Below are positions 8,598 through 17,935 of a DNA stretch of 64,000 nt, piece by piece. A model generated the notes under the pieces. The model was given only the letters and a program-made list of their open reading frames with translations. It had not been told where the DNA came from and ran no database searches. The position numbers and the translations under genes are program-made. The stretch's first letter is position 1, and every line of letters begins with the position of its first letter. This stretch comes from Candidatus Hydrogenedentales bacterium (GTDB lineage Bacteria; Hydrogenedentota; Hydrogenedentia; Hydrogenedentales; SLHB01): the NCBI GenBank assembly GCA_041859475.1, contig JBHEKO010000113.1:11212-75211 (forward strand), written 5' to 3'.

Positions 8598-10004
8598 TTA
8601 GTTGTAGATATCCATGGTCCGGGTATTCGGTGCTTCTACTTTACGGATAAATTTGTTTGCCTCTTCCGTTGTTCTCTGATACACGCCATCAACCGAAATA
8701 TGTGATTGATATGGATCAACTATTCCAGCAAGGGCCAATATATAGTAACCATTAAAACGCTCAAACGCGAATTCCCGACCGATAAGGTCGAATGGCCCCG
8801 CATCGAACAGCTTTGACTGGGATGTGTAAACAAGGTCCCAATTGCCGCAATTTTGCGCGCACAAAGGGGCGAAGTCCTTGCGTTCAATAACATCCTTTCT
8901 GCATGGATATCCGATCGGAGCGTTCTGTAGCGGTGCATCTTTTCGGGTAAGCCATTTAACAAGCCGCCAAGACGCTTTTTCCTTTTCGGGAGTGCTTTTT
9001 CGCACCGCCAAATAGTATGTGGTTTTATTGGCAGCGACATCGCGTCCAGAACAAGGCAGCGGCGCCAAAGCAAAGCGCTTGTCTTGGCGTATCTCCGCCA
9101 GGCGTTTCCTCGTTACAATCTCCATTGCGTATTCCGAGGTGGGTTTGAGGGTTGGCCTTACTCGCGCAGTGCCGTCGCCTACCATGAAAAGAGGGGCAAA
9201 AGACGGTAGTTTAAGAAGCTCAGGCAATTGCTGCAGAGCTTCTCTAACCGCAGAGGAGTTAACGTCAATTCCGTTTTCCGTAAAAAGATTGGCGCCGCGC
9301 TGCGCTAGGAATGTGAGATATAGTTGGCGTATTATCTTGCCGCTTTCCACAATAGCAAGCCCAAATACATCGAGTTGGCCATCGCCGTCGGTATCTTTGG
9401 CCAAACGATTAGAATAGTCTATACACTCCTCCCAGGTCTTGGGAGGCGCACTCAATCCTGCCGCTGCGAACAAATCTGTCCGATAGGCAAGCAAAAGAAG
9501 ACTGTCCGCGACAAAAGGCACACCCCAAGTTTTCCCGCCATACTGGACAGGAGGCAACAAGTTCGGATAAAAGGCATCGAGATGGAAATCGTTGTCTGGC
9601 AGGAATTGGTCCACTGGGACAATCACCTGATTTGCTCCCAAGTGTGCCGCCTCATATCCCGACCAGCTACTCAAGCCGATCACGTTTGCCGCTAGGCCGG
9701 GAGTGTCGATCAGCAACTCTTTGGAGCGACTCGGTTGATTGAAGTTCTTTATCGTAACTCTAATATTTGGGTTCGCTGCCATAAAAGCTTGCACTTCTGA
9801 TGTGAACCACGGCAGCATTTCTTTCGAGGAAAGGGATAGATTGCCGACTTCGAGCTCAATGACCCCAGAGGGGGCCGCAGTGGCGAGAGAAGTGCTTTCC
9901 GTTTGTTGCGTCGGCGCGTCTTGTGCACGAGAAAACGTCGCAAACAGCAGCGAGGCAAGCACCAATCCAGCCCGAAGCATCGTTTCATACACTCTCCGTT
10001 TCAT
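8598..10004 (-). CDS. ABC transporter extracellular solute-binding protein, family 1 (sugar-binding, MalE-like)
   Basis: Signal peptide MKRRVYETMLRAGLVLASLLFATFS. The family-1 SBP core shows in GKTWGVPFVADSLLLLAYRTDLF and PPKTWEECIDYSNRLAKDTDGDGQLDVFGLAI. The start is placed at the internal Met. Confidence 0.6.
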   Translation of the reverse strand: MKRRVYETMLRAGLVLASLLFATFSRAQDAPTQQTESTSLATAAPSGVIELEVGNLSLSSKEMLPWFTSEVQAFMAANPNIRVTIKNFNQPSRSKELLIDTPGLAANVIGLSSWSGYEAAHLGANQVIVPVDQFLPDNDFHLDAFYPNLLPPVQYGGKTWGVPFVADSLLLLAYRTDLFAAAGLSAPPKTWEECIDYSNRLAKDTDGDGQLDVFGLAIVESGKIIRQLYLTFLAQRGANLFTENGIDVNSSAVREALQQLPELLKLPSFAPLFMVGDGTARVRPTLKPTSEYAMEIVTRKRLAEIRQDKRFALAPLPCSGRDVAANKTTYYLAVRKSTPEKEKASWRLVKWLTRKDAPLQNAPIGYPCRKDVIERKDFAPLCAQNCGNWDLVYTSQSKLFDAGPFDLIGREFAFERFNGYYILALAGIVDPYQSHISVDGVYQRTTEEANKFIRKVEAPNTRTMDIYN

Positions 10005-10383
10005 ACTATCTCCTTTTTCCGTTAACAAAATCTTGCAGAAATCCTCGAAACACTCCGCCGCGCTGACGCTCGTGCACACTGCCAAGAAGGCTGATAGAGG
10101 ACAAATTCAACGAATCACTCGGTTTTTTGTAGCACGCATACCTACGCTATTTCAAGATTTGACACCACTAACTTGCTTTTGCTATGCATACACGGGTTTC
10201 TAGCCTCTCATCAGGCGGGTGCCCGGCATTTTGGGCCTGCATGCTGGCGGCAGAAGGACGACGAGCGTTTTAAATATCTGACTTTGAGTGGGTACCCGGT
10301 TCGAGACGGTCGACGCGTTGTCGGAAAGTTTCTTGAATCTTCGTCCCGTGACAAGCACATAACCGAGTAAGGAGGAGCAGGCT

Positions 10384-11484
10384 ATGGCCCGAAGTTTTGA
10401 ACGTCCCGACGCACCGAAGAGGAGGATAGTGACGCGCCTTTTGTGGGGCCTTGCGTTCGCTGGCTTCGTGGGGCTGCCGCTGTATGCCGCGCTCGACCAG
10501 ATGGTCTACGCGGACGTCTATGGCCCTCCGCGCTGCTCTGCTACCGCGCCGACAACTGTGGGGAGCGCTTTTCAAGAGGTCAATGTAACGGGCCCTTCGT
10601 CCATGTGTGCGGGGGCCAAAAGCCTTTACACGGCAGGCGGTGGCGGCGACATGGACGTCGTCTCTGCGACGGACTGCGCCCCCGCCTGTTCGGGAGCGAC
10701 TCCACACTGCGTTAGAGGCCAATGCAACGACAATACTTCCTATTCGTGGAACGTGACTGGTGGAGGGGCATCGACTCACGAAGTGTCTGGGCTCAATAAC
10801 TATAAGTGTACGGTGAAGGCATCCAGAAACGCCCCTAGCTCTTTTTCCATTTTCGCGTCGAGGAATGAAGTGTCTGCATATGGCGAAGGAGGGACTCACT
10901 CTTCCACACCGTTAAGCGTGTCCGTGACTGGGCCAGCGCTCACACAATATACCGCCGCGTCATGGGCGTATCCCGATTACTCAAACAGAGTGAAGTCTCC
11001 AGCTGGGGCGCTTGCCGATGGAGAGGCCGCGACTTTCGACGTGTTTACCGATGATGCCGATGGCCCGGATGCCTCGGCTGATACTATATGTTGCAAAGGG
11101 ATTGAAATTAATATGGGAGAATTGGACGATATATTCTGTACTATCGGTTTAGATAAAATTGGCGATGAGACAGAGTATAATGCGGTACAAGCCAAGTCAT
11201 GGAATGTTAAGTACGTAGCGGAGATCAATTGGTGCGGGAGGCCGGTGCGAGAAGGGGAAGAGGTTTTTGTGGGTTGCGCTCCCATTGGCACCAATCTGAA
11301 CAAAATGATTTTGATTGCGTCCGCCTCCGCAGCTGTAGTGGCTCATGAGTTTGGCCATACTAAAGCGGGCCTTGAAACATCGGCTGGCGGTGACGTTGAC
11401 GGCCATAATACTAATCCTGAAAATTTCATGTATGCTACAGATCCAGGAGTCTATGTAAACAGCACGCAGTGCGGTAAGTTTTGA
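10384..11484 (+). CDS. Secreted/anchored metzincin-like zinc metalloprotease candidate (cassette A, gene 1)
   Basis: 366 aa. Strong RBS AAGGAGG. N-terminal hydrophobic anchor or signal. The middle is rich in Ser/Thr/Gly. The C-terminal motif is HEFGHTKAGLE followed by an ENFMY Met-turn-like motif. It is paralogous to 14680-15797. Confidence 0.55.
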   Translation: MARSFERPDAPKRRIVTRLLWGLAFAGFVGLPLYAALDQMVYADVYGPPRCSATAPTTVGSAFQEVNVTGPSSMCAGAKSLYTAGGGGDMDVVSATDCAPACSGATPHCVRGQCNDNTSYSWNVTGGGASTHEVSGLNNYKCTVKASRNAPSSFSIFASRNEVSAYGEGGTHSSTPLSVSVTGPALTQYTAASWAYPDYSNRVKSPAGALADGEAATFDVFTDDADGPDASADTICCKGIEINMGELDDIFCTIGLDKIGDETEYNAVQAKSWNVKYVAEINWCGRPVREGEEVFVGCAPIGTNLNKMILIASASAAVVAHEFGHTKAGLETSAGGDVDGHNTNPENFMYATDPGVYVNSTQCGKF

Positions 11485-11496
11485 TACCCCCTAACA

Positions 11497-12258
11497 ATGG
11501 TGAGGAGCGAAAACATGAAGCCAAGTAGCAAAATTTCACTCATTCTGACAATAATTGCATTGTTGCTCTGCTGGCAAGGGCGGGGCAGCGCGCTGTCGCC
11601 GGAAGACGAAAAGGCGATTCGCGCAGAAATGGCGGAGCCCCTACGCGGTGGACTTAGGGAAAAGGACTTTGCGGATCAATACGGAAAAGATGCAATTCCT
11701 GTCTTGCTCGACATCCTCAAGTCCGGCGATGGAGAACGCTATTACTTAGGAGACGTGTGCCATATCTTGGGGGTGCTTGGCGCCCAAGAGGCATTGGACC
11801 CGATGAAGGAACTCGTGGATCGCGCATTGAGCAAGAAAGACCTCACCAGACGCGAATTTGTTCGGGTAGGACTCGCATTGCGGGGAATTGGTCATCTTGG
11901 CAGTGACGATGCGATAAGCTATCTAAATCAGTTCATTACGGGCTCCTACTGGGCAACGCGGGACGTTCACCCAACCGTTTCCGAGTCAAAACACACAAAG
12001 GCTATGAATCAAGATAAGGTTCAAGAAGAGTTGCGAACGTATAGCATAATCGCTCTTGGAATGGCGGGCAATCAAAAGGCGATCGACATGCTTACAGAAC
12101 TCCAAAAACAAGATGTTTCGCCCTCGCCGCACACACTCATAATAAAGGGGGCGATTGCAGACGCGGAGAAAGTGCGCGCTGGCGTGTATTGGAGCGAGAT
12201 GAGGGAAATGCAAAAGACGCTCAGCCCCACCCCTGCTCCCATCAGCGGCAAACCCTAG
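11497..12258 (+). CDS. HEAT/PBS-lyase-like repeat protein with signal peptide (cassette A, gene 2)
   Basis: 253 aa. Signal-like N-terminus KISLILTIIALLLCWQG. HEAT-like repeats at AIPVLLDILKSGDGERYYLGDVCHILGVLG and AIDMLTELQ. Confidence 0.45.
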   Translation: MVRSENMKPSSKISLILTIIALLLCWQGRGSALSPEDEKAIRAEMAEPLRGGLREKDFADQYGKDAIPVLLDILKSGDGERYYLGDVCHILGVLGAQEALDPMKELVDRALSKKDLTRREFVRVGLALRGIGHLGSDDAISYLNQFITGSYWATRDVHPTVSESKHTKAMNQDKVQEELRTYSIIALGMAGNQKAIDMLTELQKQDVSPSPHTLIIKGAIADAEKVRAGVYWSEMREMQKTLSPTPAPISGKP

Positions 12259-12463
12259 CAGTTGCGGGGCAATGTCTATTTTGCTGGGTAGATTGTGACA
12301 AGCTGTTCGCAGGATTTCTAGAAGGTTCCAGGGGCGCAGGTGTTGGGTTGCGTTCGTCCGCGGAAATGCCAAGCGTATCCCAGAGTCCATCGGATTTCCC
12401 CCGTTGCGGTTACTGGAGTCTATGCGGACACATCGGGACTATTGATCTGGAAGGCATTATTAC

Positions 12464-13516
12464 ATGCGTAGGAAAAGACTGAGGGCCTCTCTGTTTATTT
12501 TGTTGGGCATGACGGTGGTGTTCGACGCGCAGGCCGAAAACTACATGGACCGAATGATCACGAATCTTCGGCCTGGGTATGAGAAATTACCGGAGGCCAT
12601 TCAGCCCATTTATTCGGTGGCGTTGCGTGCTCGCAAAGAGCAGAAGTCCGATACCGCGCTGGAAGCGTTCACGAACATTGCCGAGATTGTGCAGCGCGAC
12701 GCTGCCTCGATAGACCCCAACATCGCGACGTATTTCTTGGCCCAATTGGCGCTTTCGCAAGAGGTCTCGAACAAGTATCCGTTGGCGATGAAGACACTTG
12801 AGCAGATACGGCAGTTGAGGAGTGAGCCGGAGGCCGAGGAAATCCGCTATCTGGCCGATCTCGAGCGGATGCGTTTGATGAACCAGAGCGGCGGGCACCC
12901 CGATATCCCGGAATTTGATCCGAGTATCGAGGAAAAGGAGAAACAGGCCAAGTTTCTATTCGAGACGTACAGTCCGTACCGCCAGGAGATTCTTAAGGCG
13001 CACGTTGAGTTTGCGCAAGACGCCTGCCAGGCCGCGCTGTCGGATCGCACGAAGTTCCGCTACCTACAGATCGCCATCGAGCAGTTGAAAGAAGTGCGCG
13101 ACATCGCCATGCGGATACAGCAGAATCCCGCGCTTGCGCAAGACGAGCGAACGGTGCGTGGGCTCGATTACTTTCTGCAATACACCGAACTAAACATTCC
13201 GCAGTGGGAGAAACTCCACGAGTCGATTAGCCCCGAAACGGTGGTTCTTTCGGACTTGGCGGGACCGCAAGCGGCTCCGGTGGGCCAAACGACGACAGCC
13301 GAGATTATCGAGTCGACGCAACGGGAAAGCGCCGCCGCGCCAACGCAGACGGTGCCGGGGACGGCAGCAGCTCCGCAGCCTAAAGCTGAGCCGACGAGCA
13401 CGGGAATGCGTTTCCCGGTCCTTTGGGTGATTTGGGCGGTGTTGGGGGCGGGGCTTTTGTTTGCCGTGGCCTATCGCCTGGGTAAGGCGTCGCGGCCTTC
13501 TTCCAGTGGAGAATAA
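12464..13516 (+). CDS. Signal-peptide protein with C-terminal transmembrane anchor (cassette A, gene 3)
   Basis: 350 aa. N-terminal signal MRRKRLRASLFILLGMTVVFDAQA. Helical middle. C-terminal TM FPVLWVIWAVLGAGLLFAVAY. It is clearly paralogous to 16736-17815 (shared AENY.D..I..LRP..., LAQLALSQE, GGHP.IP.F.PSIEEKEKQ). Confidence 0.5.
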   Translation: MRRKRLRASLFILLGMTVVFDAQAENYMDRMITNLRPGYEKLPEAIQPIYSVALRARKEQKSDTALEAFTNIAEIVQRDAASIDPNIATYFLAQLALSQEVSNKYPLAMKTLEQIRQLRSEPEAEEIRYLADLERMRLMNQSGGHPDIPEFDPSIEEKEKQAKFLFETYSPYRQEILKAHVEFAQDACQAALSDRTKFRYLQIAIEQLKEVRDIAMRIQQNPALAQDERTVRGLDYFLQYTELNIPQWEKLHESISPETVVLSDLAGPQAAPVGQTTTAEIIESTQRESAAAPTQTVPGTAAAPQPKAEPTSTGMRFPVLWVIWAVLGAGLLFAVAYRLGKASRPSSSGE

Positions 13517-13521
13517 TTCTT

Positions 13522-14589
13522 ATGACCAAGAGTATGCCGTTCTTGCGAGCGAGAGTATATACGTGTCTGTGTGTGCTGTTGCTTTCTTCGATAGGCCCCG
13601 TTTTCGCGCAACAGCCGGAGCAGAGCGCTGCCCGCCTGAAGCTGACAGAGCTGACCAAAGTTGTCGAGTTGCGCAGCGGCCTCGATTCCGTGCCTAAAGA
13701 AGTTGTAGCCCTCTACCAAAACACAGGGACCGCTCCGCTCACTGTGTCGGTCAAGAGCGTTTCCTGCGGTTGTACAAAGGCGGTCATCGAGACACCCTTG
13801 CTTGAGCCAGGTCAGGAAGGACGGATCAAGCTTGAGCTTGAGGAGAAGAAGTTCAAGAAAGACGGCACCGTCATGATACAACTCGCAACCAACGACCCAG
13901 AGCAAAAAGAGGCTTATCTCCAACTTGAGGTCAAGTGGATTCCGCCAGTCTCCGTCACCGGTGCCGGCCTGCTGCAATTGGGCCTTGTGCCGACCGGAGA
14001 ACAGCGGAAGGCGGCGGTCGCGCTGGTTCAGAATTTCGGAGACGTTCCCTTAAGTGTTGATATCAAGTCGTTAACGGGAAACTGCCTTGCCGTTGGCGTG
14101 AGCGAGGGAACCAAAGGCTCGCTAAAGACGTTTTCGTGTGAAATCACCTTCGCGGCTGTGAATCCGCCGGGGCCGTTCCGGGAGGAAGCGATTCTACAGA
14201 CGAACTTGACGGAGCCTCGGGATATCGTGGTCCCCGTTTCCGGAATAGTCGTGGGCGATATCGAAGTGGACCCGTGGCAGATCGATTTCGGCAGAGTGCC
14301 GCTCGGAACGACAAGAGACCGCCGTTTGAGATTACTTTCTTCCGCAGAGAAAGAAGCGAGGTTTGTGTCGGCCTACACCAATGTCCCGGCTCTTCGGCTA
14401 TCGTGGGACAAAAACGGAAAACCGACGAGTATTACGGCTACCTTCAGCGCCACCCAGGCGCAAGGGGACATCAAGGGAATGATTCACCTAGTTTCGAGCT
14501 CCGGTCAAGAAACGTATGTGCCCGTGACGGGAACCGTTGTTCCGGCGATTATCGATCTCGCTTCTTCAGGTTCTGCAGCTCCTCGGTAG
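13522..14589 (+). CDS. DUF1573-like secreted protein
   Basis: 355 aa. Signal peptide. The motif LTVSVKSVSCGCTKAV matches the N.G...L......SCxC signature seen in the two other DUF1573-like ORFs here (30885-29815, 50982-49987). Confidence 0.5.
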   Translation: MTKSMPFLRARVYTCLCVLLLSSIGPVFAQQPEQSAARLKLTELTKVVELRSGLDSVPKEVVALYQNTGTAPLTVSVKSVSCGCTKAVIETPLLEPGQEGRIKLELEEKKFKKDGTVMIQLATNDPEQKEAYLQLEVKWIPPVSVTGAGLLQLGLVPTGEQRKAAVALVQNFGDVPLSVDIKSLTGNCLAVGVSEGTKGSLKTFSCEITFAAVNPPGPFREEAILQTNLTEPRDIVVPVSGIVVGDIEVDPWQIDFGRVPLGTTRDRRLRLLSSAEKEARFVSAYTNVPALRLSWDKNGKPTSITATFSATQAQGDIKGMIHLVSSSGQETYVPVTGTVVPAIIDLASSGSAAPR

Positions 14590-14679
14590 ACATCCTGAAG
14601 CCCTACGATGAAGGGAGCAGGGAAAATGTGAAGCTCAGAGTTGGGTGTTGTACGTATCACGAACTTAGAACGATAGTAC

Positions 14680-15797
14680 TTGGGTAACCTCGATAAAGGA
14701 GAAATGCCAATGCAGGTAATGCGACTTTGCCGATGCAGCGGTGTATTGATTGCTTTTGTGGCAGCCGTGCTGGCGGCAGCGCAGAATAAAGTTGCGCATG
14801 CCGACATTCTGAGCGACCCCGGCTGTACCTCCACGCAGCTCCCCAACGTAGGCTCGAAATTCGATTATGTAGTGTGCAGCGGCCCCAGTTCGGTCGCGCC
14901 GGAAGCACCGCGGAGTTTTTCGCTTATCGAGGTGGCGATGACGACAAGATCGCTTCCTCTGGAGCAAACTGCCCGCCGCAGTGCACGAGTTTTCGAATTG
15001 CCTCCAATGGTGACCATGACTTCACCTGGGCGGTAGACCGCGCGGCAGCCTACGAAACATACGACGGGAGCGCCGGACTGAACGAAAAGTGCCGTATTAC
15101 GGCGTCCTACAACAGTTTTGAAAGTATCCAGATAACGGTTTCACGCACAGAGGTGAGCGCTTACTGCGACATGCCAGGAGGAACGTCCACGTATCCCATG
15201 ACGGTGAATGTCACCGAACCAGAGTGGTCCACGGTGACGGTGAGTGCCCATTCTTCAGTAAATCTTTCTACCTCGACCGTAAATGCTGATATGCGAAGCG
15301 GAACTCAAGATATTTTGCTGAGGGACGCTGATGGTCTTTCAAATACCGACGACGAGAGTTGTTGCCAAGGTCTTCAGCTCGCTGGCGAACTTACCACCTT
15401 CGAGGATATCGATGTGGACGGGGTGGGCCAACTTTCTTACCTTGATATAAACAGTGTTACAAAGGATACAAACATCAAGGCGGACTGGTCGAATAGCTCA
15501 AAAAAGAAGCAATGTGTTGTAGTGAAAACATGGACCTATAATTATGAGACGGGACTACTCGATTGGAATAACAGATCCTTCGTTGTAAACCATTCGCAAG
15601 GATATATCGTTGCTGATGACTTAACGCCTTATGTATGGATCCACGAGTGGGGGCATCTTAAAGGACTCAACGATAGGTACTACGACATTCCGCCCTTATA
15701 CCCTGCCTGGGCTACATACGGGGAGAACTTTATGGGGCCGCGGAATAAGACCCACGTACGTCTTGAGGAACAGTGCCTCATTTTGGGGTTACCATAG
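14680..15797 (+). CDS. Metzincin-like HExxH protein paralogue (cassette B, gene 1). It has an apparent frameshift near 14886-14897; possibly a pseudogene or an assembly error.
   Basis: The signal peptide MRLCRCSGVLIAFVAAVLAAAQ and GPSS lie in one frame (ORF 14680-15036). The remainder (RAGSTAEFFAYRGGDDD... HEWGHLKGLND ...ENFMG) lies in ORF 14874-15797. Alignment with 10384-11484 (P.C..T...VGS.F....GPSS / AG...YTAGGGGD) spans the junction. Confidence 0.5.
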
Positions 15798-15868
15798 TGA
15801 CTCACTTGGCGATGCGAAAGAATATTTTCAAATTGGAGAAGGTGTAAACCCAAAATACATAAGGAGGA

Positions 15869-16672
15869 GTGGCAGTGAACTTAACCAAATCATTATCGCA
15901 GTTTCGTCAGCCAAGGCTGGTATTCGTGGTATTTGTGTCCATCGCAGGAATGCTGACAACGCAGAACGCCTCTTGCGAATCAACGACGGCAGTCGGTCAG
16001 CCCGAGCAGTCGGCATCTTCTGATCCGGGCCGCGAACCTCTCAAAGAAACGGATATTGCCGAAATCAATCGCCGTTTTTTGGCTTGGGGATTTGACTCGG
16101 AAGGCGCGAGACTTACTGCGGACGAATACGCGAATAGGGCCATTGTCCCTTACCTGATTCAAGTGATTGACGAGCGGAGGAAAAGTGATTTATCCCCGAC
16201 GGAGCGTTGTCTTCGGCAATCGGCAATGGCGACGTTAGCCTATACAAAAGACGCGCGAGGAAAGGCTCTGTTTCGGAAGATTCTTAATGAACCTTTGAAG
16301 GAAGAGATGAGTTACTCCGATTGGTTTCTTATTCACGGCGCTTTACTTGGTCTTGGCGTGGGGGCCGATGATGCGACGCTCGATCTACTTTTCGAGGCAG
16401 CTACCGAGGAATATTGGATCAAGCGCAATCCCAAAGCATGTAGGAAAGGCGGAACGCCCAAAGACTTTCGCGACCATATGCGTATTGCAGCTCTTGACGG
16501 AGTCGCCAAATCCGGCAGTGAACGGGCTATAAAGGCCTTTACCTCATGGGAGGGCCTTCCGGAAGACAAACGCATGGATCAACCGTGGCTATTGAAGGGC
16601 GCAACTCGCATAAACAAAGAACTCACGAGAATTCCCGGAACACAGGGCAATACTGAAGAGGAATTGGAGTAG
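15869..16672 (+). CDS. HEAT-like repeat protein with signal peptide (cassette B, gene 2)
   Basis: 267 aa. GTG start with RBS AAGGAGGA. N-terminal hydrophobic segment. AIVPYLIQVIDERRKSD is related to AIPVLLDILKSGDGE in 11497-12258. Confidence 0.45.
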   Translation: MAVNLTKSLSQFRQPRLVFVVFVSIAGMLTTQNASCESTTAVGQPEQSASSDPGREPLKETDIAEINRRFLAWGFDSEGARLTADEYANRAIVPYLIQVIDERRKSDLSPTERCLRQSAMATLAYTKDARGKALFRKILNEPLKEEMSYSDWFLIHGALLGLGVGADDATLDLLFEAATEEYWIKRNPKACRKGGTPKDFRDHMRIAALDGVAKSGSERAIKAFTSWEGLPEDKRMDQPWLLKGATRINKELTRIPGTQGNTEEELE

Positions 16673-16735
16673 CGCTGCCGCCACGGTATGCAGAGAAAGA
16701 AGCATTGATGTGCCAACTATGGATTGCGCTGAAAT

Positions 16736-17815
16736 TTGCGGCTTTGGGGATTGACAATGCATTGTAAGAAGCGTCGTGCTTTGGTGTTCTGGGCGTTTTT
16801 CTATTTGGTAAACTCCGTATGCATGGCGGAGAACTATGCTGATACGCTTATAAGTTACCTTCGGCCTAAAGTGGCGGAATTTTCCGACGAGGGGAAGACA
16901 CTCCTGCAAATTGGCATGAATGCGAATAGAAAGGGAGAACCGCAGGCCGCGATAGAGGCGTTTTCGAGCATGCTTTCTGATGACTCGTTGGGATTGAGCC
17001 CGGACCAGCGCTCGTTGGCGCTGGCGCAATTGGCGCTTTCCCAAGAGGCGGCGAATCAGCATCCGGACGCCATGAAAACGCTTCAATCGTTGCGTGATTC
17101 GCGGCCCGAGCAGGAGGCGCAGGAAATCCGGTTCTTGGCCGACTGTGAGATGGCCCGGTTGATGGCGCAGTGCGGAGGGCATCCGAACATTCCCGGATTT
17201 ACGCCTTCGATTGAGGAAAAGGAGAAGCAGTACAATTTGCTTTTTTCCTCTTACACCCCGTATCGCATCGAAATTCTTGCCGCGCATTCGGATTTTGCCA
17301 AAGAGGCGTATGATGAGGTAATGCGCGGCGGCCCGCTGTATGCCGCCTATAAGAAAGTGGCTGTGCAACAACTTAAGGAAGTGCAGGCTATCGCGGAGGC
17401 GCTGACCGCGAATCCAGCGCTGGCCGCAGACAAAAGGATACTTTCGTCGCTGGGCTTCTATAAGGAATGGGCAGATCGCAAGATTCCGCGATGGGAACGT
17501 ACTTTTTCTACGCTTGCGCACGAATTACAGGTGAAGGAAGATATCGAGAGTATGCTTAGTTCCTCTTTGGAAGAAGAATCCACAAATACACCGCAAACGG
17601 CTTCATCGACCGGCGGAGATGTTCGGGAGTCCGTGGTAAGCATGGGGGCAACTGGGTCGGACGGCACATCCGTTGCGACACCCAATAGCCAACCCAAGCC
17701 TCGGGGTGAACTCTTGGCGACGCTTTCCGCTGCGGGCGCAGTGCTGATTCTTACTGCGACTGTCTGGGCGCGCAAGAGGAGAAAGGTTTTCGCCGCAGGT
17801 CAAAAGGAGAAATGA
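16736..17815 (+). CDS. Signal-peptide protein with C-terminal TM anchor (cassette B, gene 3), paralogue of 12464-13516
   Basis: 359 aa. AENYADTLISYLRP, LALAQLALSQEAANQHPDAMKTL, GGHPNIPGFTPSIEEKEKQ. C-terminal TM AVLILTATVWA followed by RKRRK. Confidence 0.5.
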   Translation: MRLWGLTMHCKKRRALVFWAFFYLVNSVCMAENYADTLISYLRPKVAEFSDEGKTLLQIGMNANRKGEPQAAIEAFSSMLSDDSLGLSPDQRSLALAQLALSQEAANQHPDAMKTLQSLRDSRPEQEAQEIRFLADCEMARLMAQCGGHPNIPGFTPSIEEKEKQYNLLFSSYTPYRIEILAAHSDFAKEAYDEVMRGGPLYAAYKKVAVQQLKEVQAIAEALTANPALAADKRILSSLGFYKEWADRKIPRWERTFSTLAHELQVKEDIESMLSSSLEEESTNTPQTASSTGGDVRESVVSMGATGSDGTSVATPNSQPKPRGELLATLSAAGAVLILTATVWARKRRKVFAAGQKEK

Positions 17816-17935
17816 CACCCGTACTCACGTGTGTCTTTCATAGCATAACCCTTTTCAGGCTGAGCATAGCGGGAAGACCGTTAGGTCTCGGTTGAATTTC
17901 TATGGTGCTCCGTGCGCCCGTCCGGAAAAGAAAAG

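Noticed and set aside
10290-10330. GGTTCGAGAC tRNA T-loop-like string
   Set aside because: The flanking sequence cannot form T-stem, acceptor or anticodon arms. No tRNA genes could be supported anywhere in the window.
14274-14687. 137-aa plus-strand ORF
   Set aside because: It overlaps the DUF1573 gene in an alternative frame and has Arg-rich GC-frame composition.
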